From: the human T2T-CHM13v2.0 reference genome, Homo sapiens
Strand: one strand, 5' to 3'
DNA length: 64,000 bases
Assembly (NCBI RefSeq): GCF_009914755.1
Contig: NC_060931.1
Below are positions 35,661 to 46,063 of this stretch, piece after piece. Numbering within the stretch: the first letter of the stretch is position 1; every line of letters starts with the position of its first letter. The notes under the pieces are model-generated. The model worked only from the letters and a program-made list of their open reading frames with translations. It was not told the DNA's origin and did not search any database. Both the position numbers and the translations under genes were made by a program.

Positions 35661-38600
35661 ATCATCTTCCATTCCATTGTTTTTACAAGAACTGAAGCCA
35701 GTACTAACATCCTCACAGCCTCTTCCTTTGGGAGGCTGATGCCACAGGACCGGACAAGTGTGTGGGGGCATACACAGACTCACATAGGGACTCAGGAAAC
35801 TCTTCTTCCAGGCTGCTCCATGCCATGCAGGGAAGCAGCCTCCTCCTTCAGGAACAAGGCCTGGGCTCTTGTTCCAGGGGAATCAGGACCCCTGCCTGCC
35901 TTTCGTTTTAAAATCCATCTCTTACCACTCAGCAGCAGAGCCCCCTTCAGTCTCCCTGTGGGCTCCACCTTCCTACCGCAACTTGAATGGTACAGCCTGG
36001 GCAGTGAGGACAACATGAAAGAAGAAAGAAAAAGTCTGTGCAGCTAGAGGGGATCAGGTGGGAGTCTGGGGAGGGAGCAGTGGAGCTTGCAGCTTTTAAA
36101 GAGACAGTGTCCTGTCCACAGGGCCCTGTGTGGACCAAGCATAGCTCGATAGAGCCTATAGGCCAATTACCCTAATCATGTGCATCTCCCAAACAGCCAT
36201 TTATTAGTGAGACGTCTTTTTAAAATGCCGCTTTTAAATATAAATAACACTTAATCATCCAGCTGTCGTTAAATTCATGTTATATTGATTTCTTGGAGTG
36301 CCGCAAATTTGAGGGCGAATGGGCTGGCGGATGTGCGCACAAAGCCAAGAGGTAGATTAGCAAGTGGTGGGGGCAGAGAAGTGGGGGTTGGAGGAAAAGG
36401 AAGGGAGGTGTCAAGGGAGGGAAATGAACCTACTCAATAGCCCAGGGTCTGAGCCAGTTTCACATTGGGTAGCACTGGACACAAATAAGAAGAGAGGAGA
36501 CGCTGGCACATCTGTTGCATAGTCTAATGAGAGCCAAGATCATGGTCGTGTTTTCTGTATTGCTGCCGCCCCCTTGTAACCCACCACAGAGCCGCTCCAA
36601 CAGGTCTCTGATGTGCATTGTCTGCGTATGCCTTCTCTAGGTGAGGATGGGGAGAAGCAGCTAAGAAATGCCCCCTAGCTAGCTAGGAGGAGAGAGATCC
36701 ACAGCGATTTCTCTGCATCAAAGCCTGATGATAACTATGAATCAAGAGTGGTTAATGACCCAGCCCCTTTAGCTCTCTCCCACTTCGGGACTGCTGCCAT
36801 CCTAGAAAGCCCCCACTTCATTCCCAGCAGCCCTCATTGTGATGAAAAGGATCCCGAGGCCAAGTGTATGTAGGCAGACTCTGCCGTGCAGATTTCCCTG
36901 TCTGCAGGGAGTAGCAGCAGCAGGCGACAGGAAGGCACAGAGAAGGAGAAAGGAAACAAGTTGACTGCCTTGGAGTCCTCCAGAAATGTCTGCAGTGTCC
37001 CAGTGGGCATCCAGGAGGAAGTCCTGGGAGGACAGATGAGAGCCCGGGGAGGCGTGATTGGGTAAGAAGGAGCAGCTTGTAGGTGACCCATGCCTAGTGC
37101 TCACAGGAGAGCTGCCTTAAGCACCGTCTACCAGGCAGCGAGGGTCTGCTGAAAAGAAGCATTCATGGCTGGGGTTTTTCTAGTGTGACTCCCTTCCCAG
37201 TGAGAAAGACCTCGGAGAACTTAAAAGGAAGGGCACAGAAGAGTGGCAGAGAGGGTGAATGACAGCGTGGCATGCTCCAGGGCTGGGCAAGAGAGCCAGG
37301 AAAACGTAATGTATACTCCGCTTTACAGAGATGTTAATTAATGCCTGCCTTGTCCTAGAAACCAAATTGGTACCTAATGCTAAGTGCAGAAAGTGCAGAG
37401 ATTTTCTGAACCCAGATGTTTAGCTTATAACCAGCATAATGATACTAGCTTTGCATTAAAATGATGGATCCTGAGGCTGCGAATACATGAGAAAGGAAAG
37501 AGGGTAGGGAGGAAAGCAGAGAAAGGAGTGGAGGTCTACAGGGAAGACACAGACATTTCAGGAAGATCCTGTACCCTATCCCTTTGCCTCTTCCAGGTCC
37601 CATGAGGGACTGTTTACCTGGGAGGCACCCACTGTTGCTGGAGCTCATTATTTCTTTTGCAAACCATGTGCTGCTGTACGCGTAGGTGGGATCTGCCTGT
37701 CCACGCCCTCAAGGGGCATGTGGGGAGAAATGTTCCATTTCTTCCACAGCCCGGAAGACAGAGGTGGACCCCATTGTCACACATGGCGGGGGCGGGGAGC
37801 TGACCACATTTAGCCAGACTCTGAGAACGCATGTGTGTATATATATTGGGTGTGTGTGTGCACACGCCCACCATTCTTAAAAAGCAAATAAGGTTTCTTC
37901 CCCCTACTGGGGTCTCTCCATTGTGAGAGATTTGCTTTATTCCATCTATGCTTTTCAATCAATCAAAGGGCAGCTCACACAGCACACAGCGGGAATACAA
38001 TCTCCCTCCCGGGGTGTCTGCGCTTCTCCCCAGCCTAGCCAGAGACCTTTGCAGGAGCTGAAAAAAGTTTGGAAATAGCGGAGTCAGGGTGCTGAAAAAG
38101 CCCTTTCATTCAGCCCCTATCTTCAGGATTTACAAAAACAACCCAAATTCTGAGCCTAGCACTGAGGCCTCCTTGTTCAAAAGAATGTTTGCTCCTCTTC
38201 CATCATGTTCTGTAAGGCTCCTAACATATTTTTTCCACTGGTGGGTCTGTGGGATACTCTGAACACATGATCTTGGACAGAGGGTACAAGCTTATTCAGT
38301 TTTGTGGGAAAATGATATGATCATGTTGCCTAGAAAGCTACCTCAAAGTGACAGCACCAGAAACACAGGAGCTTGTACATATATATTCAATTCCGAATTT
38401 GATTTGGATCTCATGTTCTTCTCCCTATGACAACTGAGACCCTAAATTAGTTGCTCTTAGACCCCAAGAAGGGAACTATGGAAAAGCCTCTTAGAACCCC
38501 AGCCACTTCCTACCTCCTCCAGAAAAAGTTAAAATGAGCAGCCTGTGAAATTCCAGCCAGAGAGAACAAGAATGAAAATGCTTTCGGGAAATAGGACCTT

Positions 38601-39709
38601 AAAGCACGGGCGTCTGGGGAGTGATTCTACAATCGGAGCAGGCTTGGGCTCTGGGGGACGCTGGCAGACCCACGAATGCCTTGCCTTCTCCGGTGGGCAG
38701 TGCCGCCACGGTCGTGAGGGAGGGGAGCCTCCTCTTTTGGAGGACTATATCCCTCGTGCTTCCCCCTTCTAGTTCTCTTTCTCAGACACACACCACGAAA
38801 GGCATGTGACAGGTGTTCGCCAGCCGGAGGCACCGGGGAAGGCAGCCCCATGTGCCCAGGGAGGGTAGGGAGGTGAGAGGGGACCCAAGTCCTGTGTCTC
38901 CAAGTCCTGTCTGCTTGCTGCTAAGCAGGCACTGAGGCTGTGAATAAGGTCTTACCTTTTAAGGAGGATCTGACCCCCGTACCTTCCCTAGACAAGCAAC
39001 ATACGCGGCGATGCTTTAAGCCGCTTTCTGCCTGAAATCTCGGCGCATTCCCGGGGAAGCAGTGCCACGCTTCAGAAAGGCGTTTGTGCTGCCTCTTACT
39101 GGGGAAACGCAGTGTCTGTTTCATATGCGCCGCCCTACAGAACTGCAGCCCCAACCGCCTATCTGGCCTCCTCCCCGGGCGCTGGGCCACCACTCTCTCC
39201 AAATATGCGTCCGAATATCTGTGGGTCTGTCTCCCGTTGAAATCCCAGGGTGTCCAAAGGCCACGGGGCCGCGATGACACTGGGTAGGTCTCCGGAAACC
39301 TCTCAGGACTTCTCCCATTTTAAAGCCCAGCTAGGGACGAAAGGGGCTGGGAGCTGAAAAATTGCTCCCTCAACCTCCCCGGGTGGGAGGCAGAGCCGGG
39401 AATACACAGAATCCCACCCCGAAAGTCCCGGGAAAGAGAAGTCTGAGTCCAGGAGCGTGAGAGGAGAACACACCCGGGAAATCCCTGCTCCGGCCGCTGC
39501 ACCTCCGCGGGCGTCCAGGTGGGACGTGGGCAGGTGCGCGAGCGCCGTGTGTGCCGGTGTGGATCTGTGTGTGTGCCTGCGTGTGTGCGTGTGCGTGTGC
39601 CGCGGGCTGGCTCCGGGACACTGAGGACTCCCGGGTCGGCCCAGGTCTGTCCGACCTTGCTGCCCTCGCCGCCCGCCCGGCCCCACTCCCCGGCGGGCCG
39701 GCTCCTTAC

Positions 39710-39900
39710 CTGGACGCGCCGCGTTTCCCTCCTTCAGCGGGAGCGCCGCATTGACACTGCAGATGGAGCCTATGCCGCTGCCTCTCGCCCTCCTCTGAAC
39801 GTGTGCGTGTGCGCGCGTGTGGCTGCCTCCTCCAGCCCCAGCCCCGAACGCAAATACTCCACCGAGGCACAGGGAAGCCGGGAGCAGCCGAGGAACGCGG
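39710..39900 (-). other. PLXNA4: Non-coding first exon (5'UTR), probably of plexin A4; 3' boundary exact, 5' boundary approximate
   Basis: Minus strand reads ...GAGGAGGCAGCCACACGCGCGCACACG...GGAAACGCGGCGCGTCCAG|GTAAGG, a consensus donor inside a CpG island. The sequence matches my recollection of the PLXNA4 mRNA leader. No large coding exon lies within 39 kb downstream, consistent with a long intron 1. Not verified by alignment. Confidence 0.8.
39734..39751 (-). other. Short upstream ORF (MRRSR*) in exon 1
   Basis: ATG CGG CGC TCC CGC TGA on the minus strand; weak Kozak context (T at -3, C at +4). Confidence 0.55.
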
Positions 39901-42713
39901 AGGGCGCCGAATCAGAGCCTGCGGGGCTTGACAGCTTCTCTTGCGGCGTCCAAGGTGGGCGTAATGTCCAACAAAAAGGTCGGAAAATGGGGATCGATTC
40001 CGAACACCCCTTTCCTCCACCCAGCCCCGGAGCCCGAGCAGCGGCGGCGGCTCTCGGGGGCTGCGGTGGCGACGCCGGGCTGCCCCCCTTCGTCCCCACC
40101 CCCGCGGGCTGAATGTCCTTGATGCCAAGCGGGCACAGCGGCGTCACTCCGCGCCGCCCATGCTCGCCCGGTCGGGCCGCTGCCCGGGCGCGGCGAGTGC
40201 GCGGGGGACCCGCCGGGGAGCGCTCTCGGCGCCTCTGCGCGCCTCTCTGGGTAGCGGCGGCCGCCCCCCGGCAGCCCGCGGCCGGCCGCGCCGCGGCAGC
40301 CCCCACCCTTGCCGAGACACTCGCCGGGCAGTGCCCTGGGGCCGGGGCTGGGGGGCCGCGGGAGCCGCCGGCTGCTCCCCGGGGAGGCGCGGGGCTGCGG
40401 CGGTGGTGGCTGCGGCGGCTGGCGCTGCGGCGGCGGAGAGCTCGGCCGCGGGCCGAGCCGGGCCTCCCGGGCGCGCCCCCGGCCCCCCGGGCGGGCTGCT
40501 CGCAAAGTTTGCAGGGGGCAGGGAGCGGGGCCGCCGCTGGCTCGGCCGCCGCCGGAGCTCCCGGGCTGCCTGCTGCCGCCGCGGCTCGCTGCTGCTGTGC
40601 ATTGAAGCCCGGCCAAGCGCTGCAAAAACTCCAGCTGCCTGGCGCTCTCTGGGTCCTCCTCTCCTCCCTCCCGCCCTCCCTGCTTCCCTTCCTCCCTCCC
40701 TCGCCTCGCCTCCTCTCCTCCCTGCCGCCCGCCGCCCGCCGCCGCTCCCTCTCTGGCTCGCTCTCGCTGGCTCGGAGCTCGCGGCTGACATCTAGAGCGA
40801 GGGAGAGCGGCCGGCAGAGGGGGCAGGGGGCGCCTCCCTACATGCTCCCACCCGCCGCCGCCCGGCTTGCCGGCTCTCCTCCGCACCAACGTTTGCCGAC
40901 ACCCCCCTGGGTCCCCTCGGCCCGCACGGAGCTACCCTGGCGGTGGCGATGTGGGGCGGAGAGAGGGGCATACATGGGTGACCGGAGCGCACGGCGCGCG
41001 CTCAGAGGGAGGCGCTCAGCCGCCTCGGAATTTGCAGCTCTGGGCGCTGGCCGTCGGAGGGACCCTCAGGTGCTCAGAGCTGACACAAGCGCACACTGAC
41101 TCTGAGGCATACACCCATTGCTAGTCAGAACCCCTCCCAACACCCCACCAAGTCACCCCCACATGGCACCCAAGGAGGCCGAGGACACTGAGGGCACAAG
41201 GCCCGCACGAGAGAACATGAGTGGCCAGTGCCCCAGAGCTGGCTTGGTAACCTGACTTTTCCATTCATGTTTATACTGAGCGGCTCTCCTGGCTCCTCTC
41301 TTCTCTGAAACCCTAGATCCTAGACTACATCCAGAACAGACCATGCCAACATCAGGGTGGTTTCTGAAGCCCAAAGAAAGAAATCACCATGTAGCTCTGG
41401 TTTAGGCAGTGAAGATGGGGAGTGGGTGGCACTACCTCCCAAACCTCTGCCTAGATCCCCCTAGGAATGGGCCCACCCACCAAGAGAAACCGAAGGGATT
41501 CCCACACCTGTTAACTCAACTCTGTGCATGCCACCCTCATCCTCATACCCGCTCCCACCATAGTCTGAGGGAAGTGGCACCTTCAGCAGAGTCCAGTAAG
41601 CATTCCCTGGGATAGGCAACCAGCAAGGACGACCCTCTAAAGGAGCCCATGGCTCTTGGCCTCCTCTCTCCTGTCCCTTCTTTAGTTTTCACTGTCCTCA
41701 CACCCAGAAACTCCCGCCCATTACTGTCCCTCCCATCGAAACATCTCAGAGCCTCCTTATTAGGTGGACATGACTGATAATGGCTTAAATGCCTATACCT
41801 CCCTATAGGGGTTATATTCTCACAGAAATCGAAGTTGTGTGAATTGGGGAGCCTTTGAAAGGAGCTGTGAGATGACAGCTTAAACAAGCCCCAAGGTGAG
41901 CGGCACATATAGGTCAGGCTTGGCCCACCCAGAGAGGACCCTGCTGAAACTTTGCTCTCACCAATGAGAAGATGAACCAAGCCAGAATGAGGAGGAAACC
42001 ACATGTTTGATTCTTTGGTTAAAGGATATTCCAGGAGACAGCGTGGAGCCCTTTTAGTCTCTGGTTCTCTGCTGAGTCTTGCATGGCCCAGAAAGCAGCA
42101 AGGAGTTATCTTATTAAGCTTACATGAATACATTGATCTGACTCCACTCTTCCCAGAAACCCTGAATCCCAGACTCTAGATAAAGCACACAATATCAGGT
42201 TAGTTTCAGAAGTCCAGAGACACACATAACAAAATCACTCAATGCTACTGCCTCTTGAACATCCTTCCAGGGTGGAGGAAGCCCAGGGCCAAATGCCTCT
42301 CTCTGCAAGACTGGGATTAGCACAAGGCCAGCCGGGCACTGAGGATACAAAATCCAAGGAGGCCCTGTCACCCCAAGGTCCATGTAAGGTTTGCATCACC
42401 TGATCCTGACACTGCTTCTAGGTGTCCCTTTTAAAATTGCTGCATGGGTCCATCACGGCCCATTTCCAGAAGTGACAGCCCGGATAGCCCCATGAAAGTC
42501 CCTAATGGGTTACTTAAGGAATATCGTTCAATTAAAGGCGCGGGGGAGACTCCTTTCAAACTTCTGTTGGCCACTCAGCTTTCAGGGTATGTCATAAAAT
42601 GCTGAAAGGAAGGGGGGAAGGTGAGAAAACAACTCTGTCTCAATTCTCAGTCATTCTAGCATGTATTTTTAATACAATCTGATTGTCTTTTTCCTCCTCA
42701 TATCGGTTGTATT

Positions 42714-42755
42714 TGTGTGTGTGTGCGTGTGTGTGTGTGTGTGCGTGTGTGTGTG
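42714..42755. repeat. (TG)n microsatellite with CG interruptions
   Basis: About 42 bp of alternating purine-pyrimidine sequence. Confidence 0.95.
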
Positions 42756-44181
42756 AATATGGCTTGAGTTCCAGGCCCATTTCCTGATGGATGGACGGGA
42801 AGTCAAAGACCTTTTTTTTTTTTTTTTTCCAGAGGTGGCAAATAAAATGTGTTTATTATTCTTTATCTCCTGCCTAGTGTGTGGTGTCATTTATTTTCAT
42901 TCAAAGAAATGAATGCCATGTGGTGCCTGAAGAGTAATAACAGAGCCAAATGACAGGGAAGACACACAGCAAAAAGCTGGACCAGCCACGGGCAGGTGAG
43001 GGGCCCAGCGAGCTCTCCCGTTGTTAATGGGGCCAGGGGCCATATCTCAAATTGCCTTTCCCCGGTTGCCTTCCACTGAATAACACGGTAAAAGGCATAC
43101 CAAAGGGGGCAGTTATCATATTATCGGAAGGAGGAGTAGAAAGGGTCAAATTAGCTGCAGTAGAGGATTTTTTTTTTTCAGTGATGACCCATTGGATTGA
43201 CTCCCTTAAGTTAGGAGAATGGAATGGGGTGGGATGAGTAGGGCCTCTACATTGGAAGTTAGAAAACACATGTCCTACTCCTGGCTCTGTCATTGGCCAG
43301 CTTTACAATTTGGAGCGGGTCACGTCCTCTCAATGATACCTCATCTCTCACCTGACACATTCGCCCCTTAGAGTTGCAATGACATTCAAAGGACATACCA
43401 TCTTATTAATGTGCTTTGAAACTCTAAGGTAGGTACAAAACACATGTAGGGAATTAGAGTCGCTTTCCAGATGAATGTATCTTTTTATTTTTTTCAAATA
43501 GAATGATACAATGAGGGTAGGCCTTCTGCTATCTTGTCCCCACCCCAAGAATAAATACACAGGCAAAAGCAGCATCTTACCACAGTTCAAAATGTGTTTC
43601 TGCATTAGGTACAAGATCTTCTGGCTCTCACACCTCCTCTACCCCCTCTCCCTTGGTGAGGGCTAAGGGAGACACAAGTAGGACCATCTAGGTGTCCCCT
43701 ACTGACAATGGCTCTGTGAGTCACTCCCTCTACCTCTTGCCTGGTCGTGAAACTGGTTATGTCATTGTCTGGACCCATGGCCACAAGAGGGAGAAGCTAA
43801 ATGGCACATTGCTTCAGAGAGTCCTGTTTTCTAAAGAAGCTATGTCTGTGGGACTTGGGTTGGGGTTTATTGCTGGGTTTAGACAGAAAAAGTATTGGTT
43901 CATCTCCCACAGCTGAATAAAAGGACCAGTTTAATAGGAAAGAGGAGAAGAAACTCTTAAGTTTCCCCTCACTTAGCTACCACCATTTTATTAGCCTAGG
44001 AACAGTGCTGCTATTTAAGTTGATAAAAGCCAGATTTGCTCGTTAAATAAATCACCAGAGCCTGGTGGTGCTAGAGAGACATTTTCTTTCCCCCAAGAGC
44101 TGCCCCCATGGCTGGGTCTTGTACCTTGCACTGGATAGAAAAACCACAGGCAGGCAGTCAGCAGCTTAAAAACCTAAATTG

Positions 44182-44200
44182 TGGCGCCACCTGCAGGACA
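44182..44200 (-). promoter_or_regulatory. Candidate CTCF site
   Basis: Minus strand TGTCCTGCAGGTGGCGCCA is close to the CTCF core CCAGCAGGTGGCGC; motif evidence only. Confidence 0.55.
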
Positions 44201-45664
44201 GCAGGAATATCATCAGTATCCCACAGCTCAGCAGAGGAGGCAAGAGGAGCCTTCCGCAGTGACACAGGTGAGGCCAGGGTGCCCTCTGGCCCCTGCTTTC
44301 TGCATGTGTCACCACATGTCCACAGCACACTCCAGCAGCCTTTAATCTGCATCCTCCTTGAATGCTGCCATTTCGAGGGATGGGCAGCAGCTCTCAAGAT
44401 TCTCAGTCCATTCAAACTAACTTATTCTTCCATCTGTCTCCTAAGGGACTAAGTGGACCTCTAAGCCAAGGGTTCTGTCTTCAAGACTGGACCATGGAAC
44501 AGTAAAACAGAAAGGAGAAGTGACTGCCTTTCAAGGAAGATGAGGGGAGGAACATCCTTGTGTCACCACAGGGCCTACTAGTAAGTTGAACTTGGTGGCT
44601 GGGTATTCTCAGTAGACCCAACTGTTCCAGGCTTCCCTAGCATGTGGGTGCAAATCAGCACAGAGATATTAACATCCGAATTTCAACTCCCAGCCTTTTC
44701 TGCTCAGATAAAACTTTGGCCACCACTGAAAAACCCCTCCCTGTCTCCTCCCATTATGTCAGAGACCGCCACTGGTGGGTGTGCTTAGGAACAAGTCTGA
44801 CCATTTCATTCACCACAAGTACCCTCTTGGAAATCCACTGCCCATGAGCCATTTGATGGAAGGACATCTCTGCATTGCCAGCTCTGTGGTTGCCCTCTGC
44901 AAGGGCACCTCCACCCGGCTGCACTGCTGGACATGGCAAGCTCTGCTGCCGTGCCATGGCTTTCCAAGCCACACCGGGGGGTTGGTGTTTAGGTGGGGAG
45001 GACACCCCTCTCCTCCTACACACACACACACACACTGTGGATCTTGATCCTCTGGGCACCAAAATAACTCCCATGCCTCCCATGGTCCAAGTCTTACTCC
45101 CCTTCCTCCCCAGACCCTTTCATCCACTGCCCCCTCTCCAGAATGCTTCCTTCTCTTTCAACTAACAAAAACAACAAACAAACAAACAAACAAAACTTGT
45201 CTTTTTAACCGCAGAAACCAGAAGTTAGAGGATATTGTGAGGTAAGGGGAGATGGAGGGAGGGAGGGGGTGTGACTTAACTCCATTGGCCAGAAAGAAGA
45301 GAGTCCCAGATCTGGCCAGAGCCATGTCTTGCTACAACAAGAAAGGAGAAATACCTCAGTGTAACCCTTCTTGGGGTTAAGTCCTGGGAGGCACAAGGTC
45401 CCGTAGTATGCCTGCATTACAAGGACTGGATACAATTCACGTCTCCCACATGGCACCTCTCTCTTGGCACTGCCTAGTACACTGGCTAAGTAGTTTAAAT
45501 GAGTCACTTGGCCCCTCTGACTGGGGTGCACATAACAGAAAAGGCCTCAAGTTGTTTTCCTTGTGATGAAGATGGATTCGTGCTGATGGGTTGAATGCTC
45601 TTGCCTGGTAACACATTTACAAGATGGTTGCCAGGTGGTCTGAGTGTAAGCTGTTCTAAGTGAC

Positions 45665-46063
45665 TGTGGTTGCCAGCCTCCAAAATGGCCCCAGTGACTC
45701 TCAACCAGAGGTATTCATGCCCTCATACAGTCTGCTCCCATGCTGAATCAGAGCTGACTTAAGTGACCATGAAGTGACAGTGTCCAAGGCTAGGTCAAAA
45801 AAAGACATTTTAGCTCCCAGCTTGGTCTCTTTAGTCCCTTGGACCTGCCATGTGTTGAGAAACTGAGCTACCCACCAACAACCAGTGCCAGCTTGCCAGC
45901 CCCATGAGTGAGCCACCCTAGGAGCCCATCCTCCAGCCCCAGTTAAGCCTTCAGATGATTTCAGCCTTCAGAAGTTTCCAACTGAGGTCCCAGACATCAT
46001 GGAGCAGAGATAAGATATGGTTTTATGCCAGAGATTTGTTATGCAGTAGCAGATAATAAACAC
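45665..46063 (+). mobile_element. MLT1G/H-like MaLR LTR
   Basis: TGTGGTTGCCAGCCTCCAAAATGGCCCC...CCAGCCCCAGTTAAGCCTTCAGATGA...TTGTTATGCAGTAGCAGATAATAAACA. Confidence 0.75.

Larger units (their letters stand above)
1..39709 (-). other. PLXNA4: Intron 1 (partial; continues beyond window start)
   Basis: GT donor at 39709-39708 on the minus strand; repeat-rich DNA with no recognisable coding exon. Confidence 0.72.
39390..41090. promoter_or_regulatory. CpG island promoter, with a CpG-rich shoulder down to ~38580
   Basis: Very high GC and CpG density, GC boxes and GCC/GCG runs, contrasting sharply with CpG-depleted flanks. Confidence 0.95.

Noticed and set aside
39519-41124. Overlapping 140-328 aa Ala/Arg/Gly/Pro-rich ORFs
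   Set aside because: Expected stop-codon depletion in a CpG island; open on both strands with no recognisable protein.
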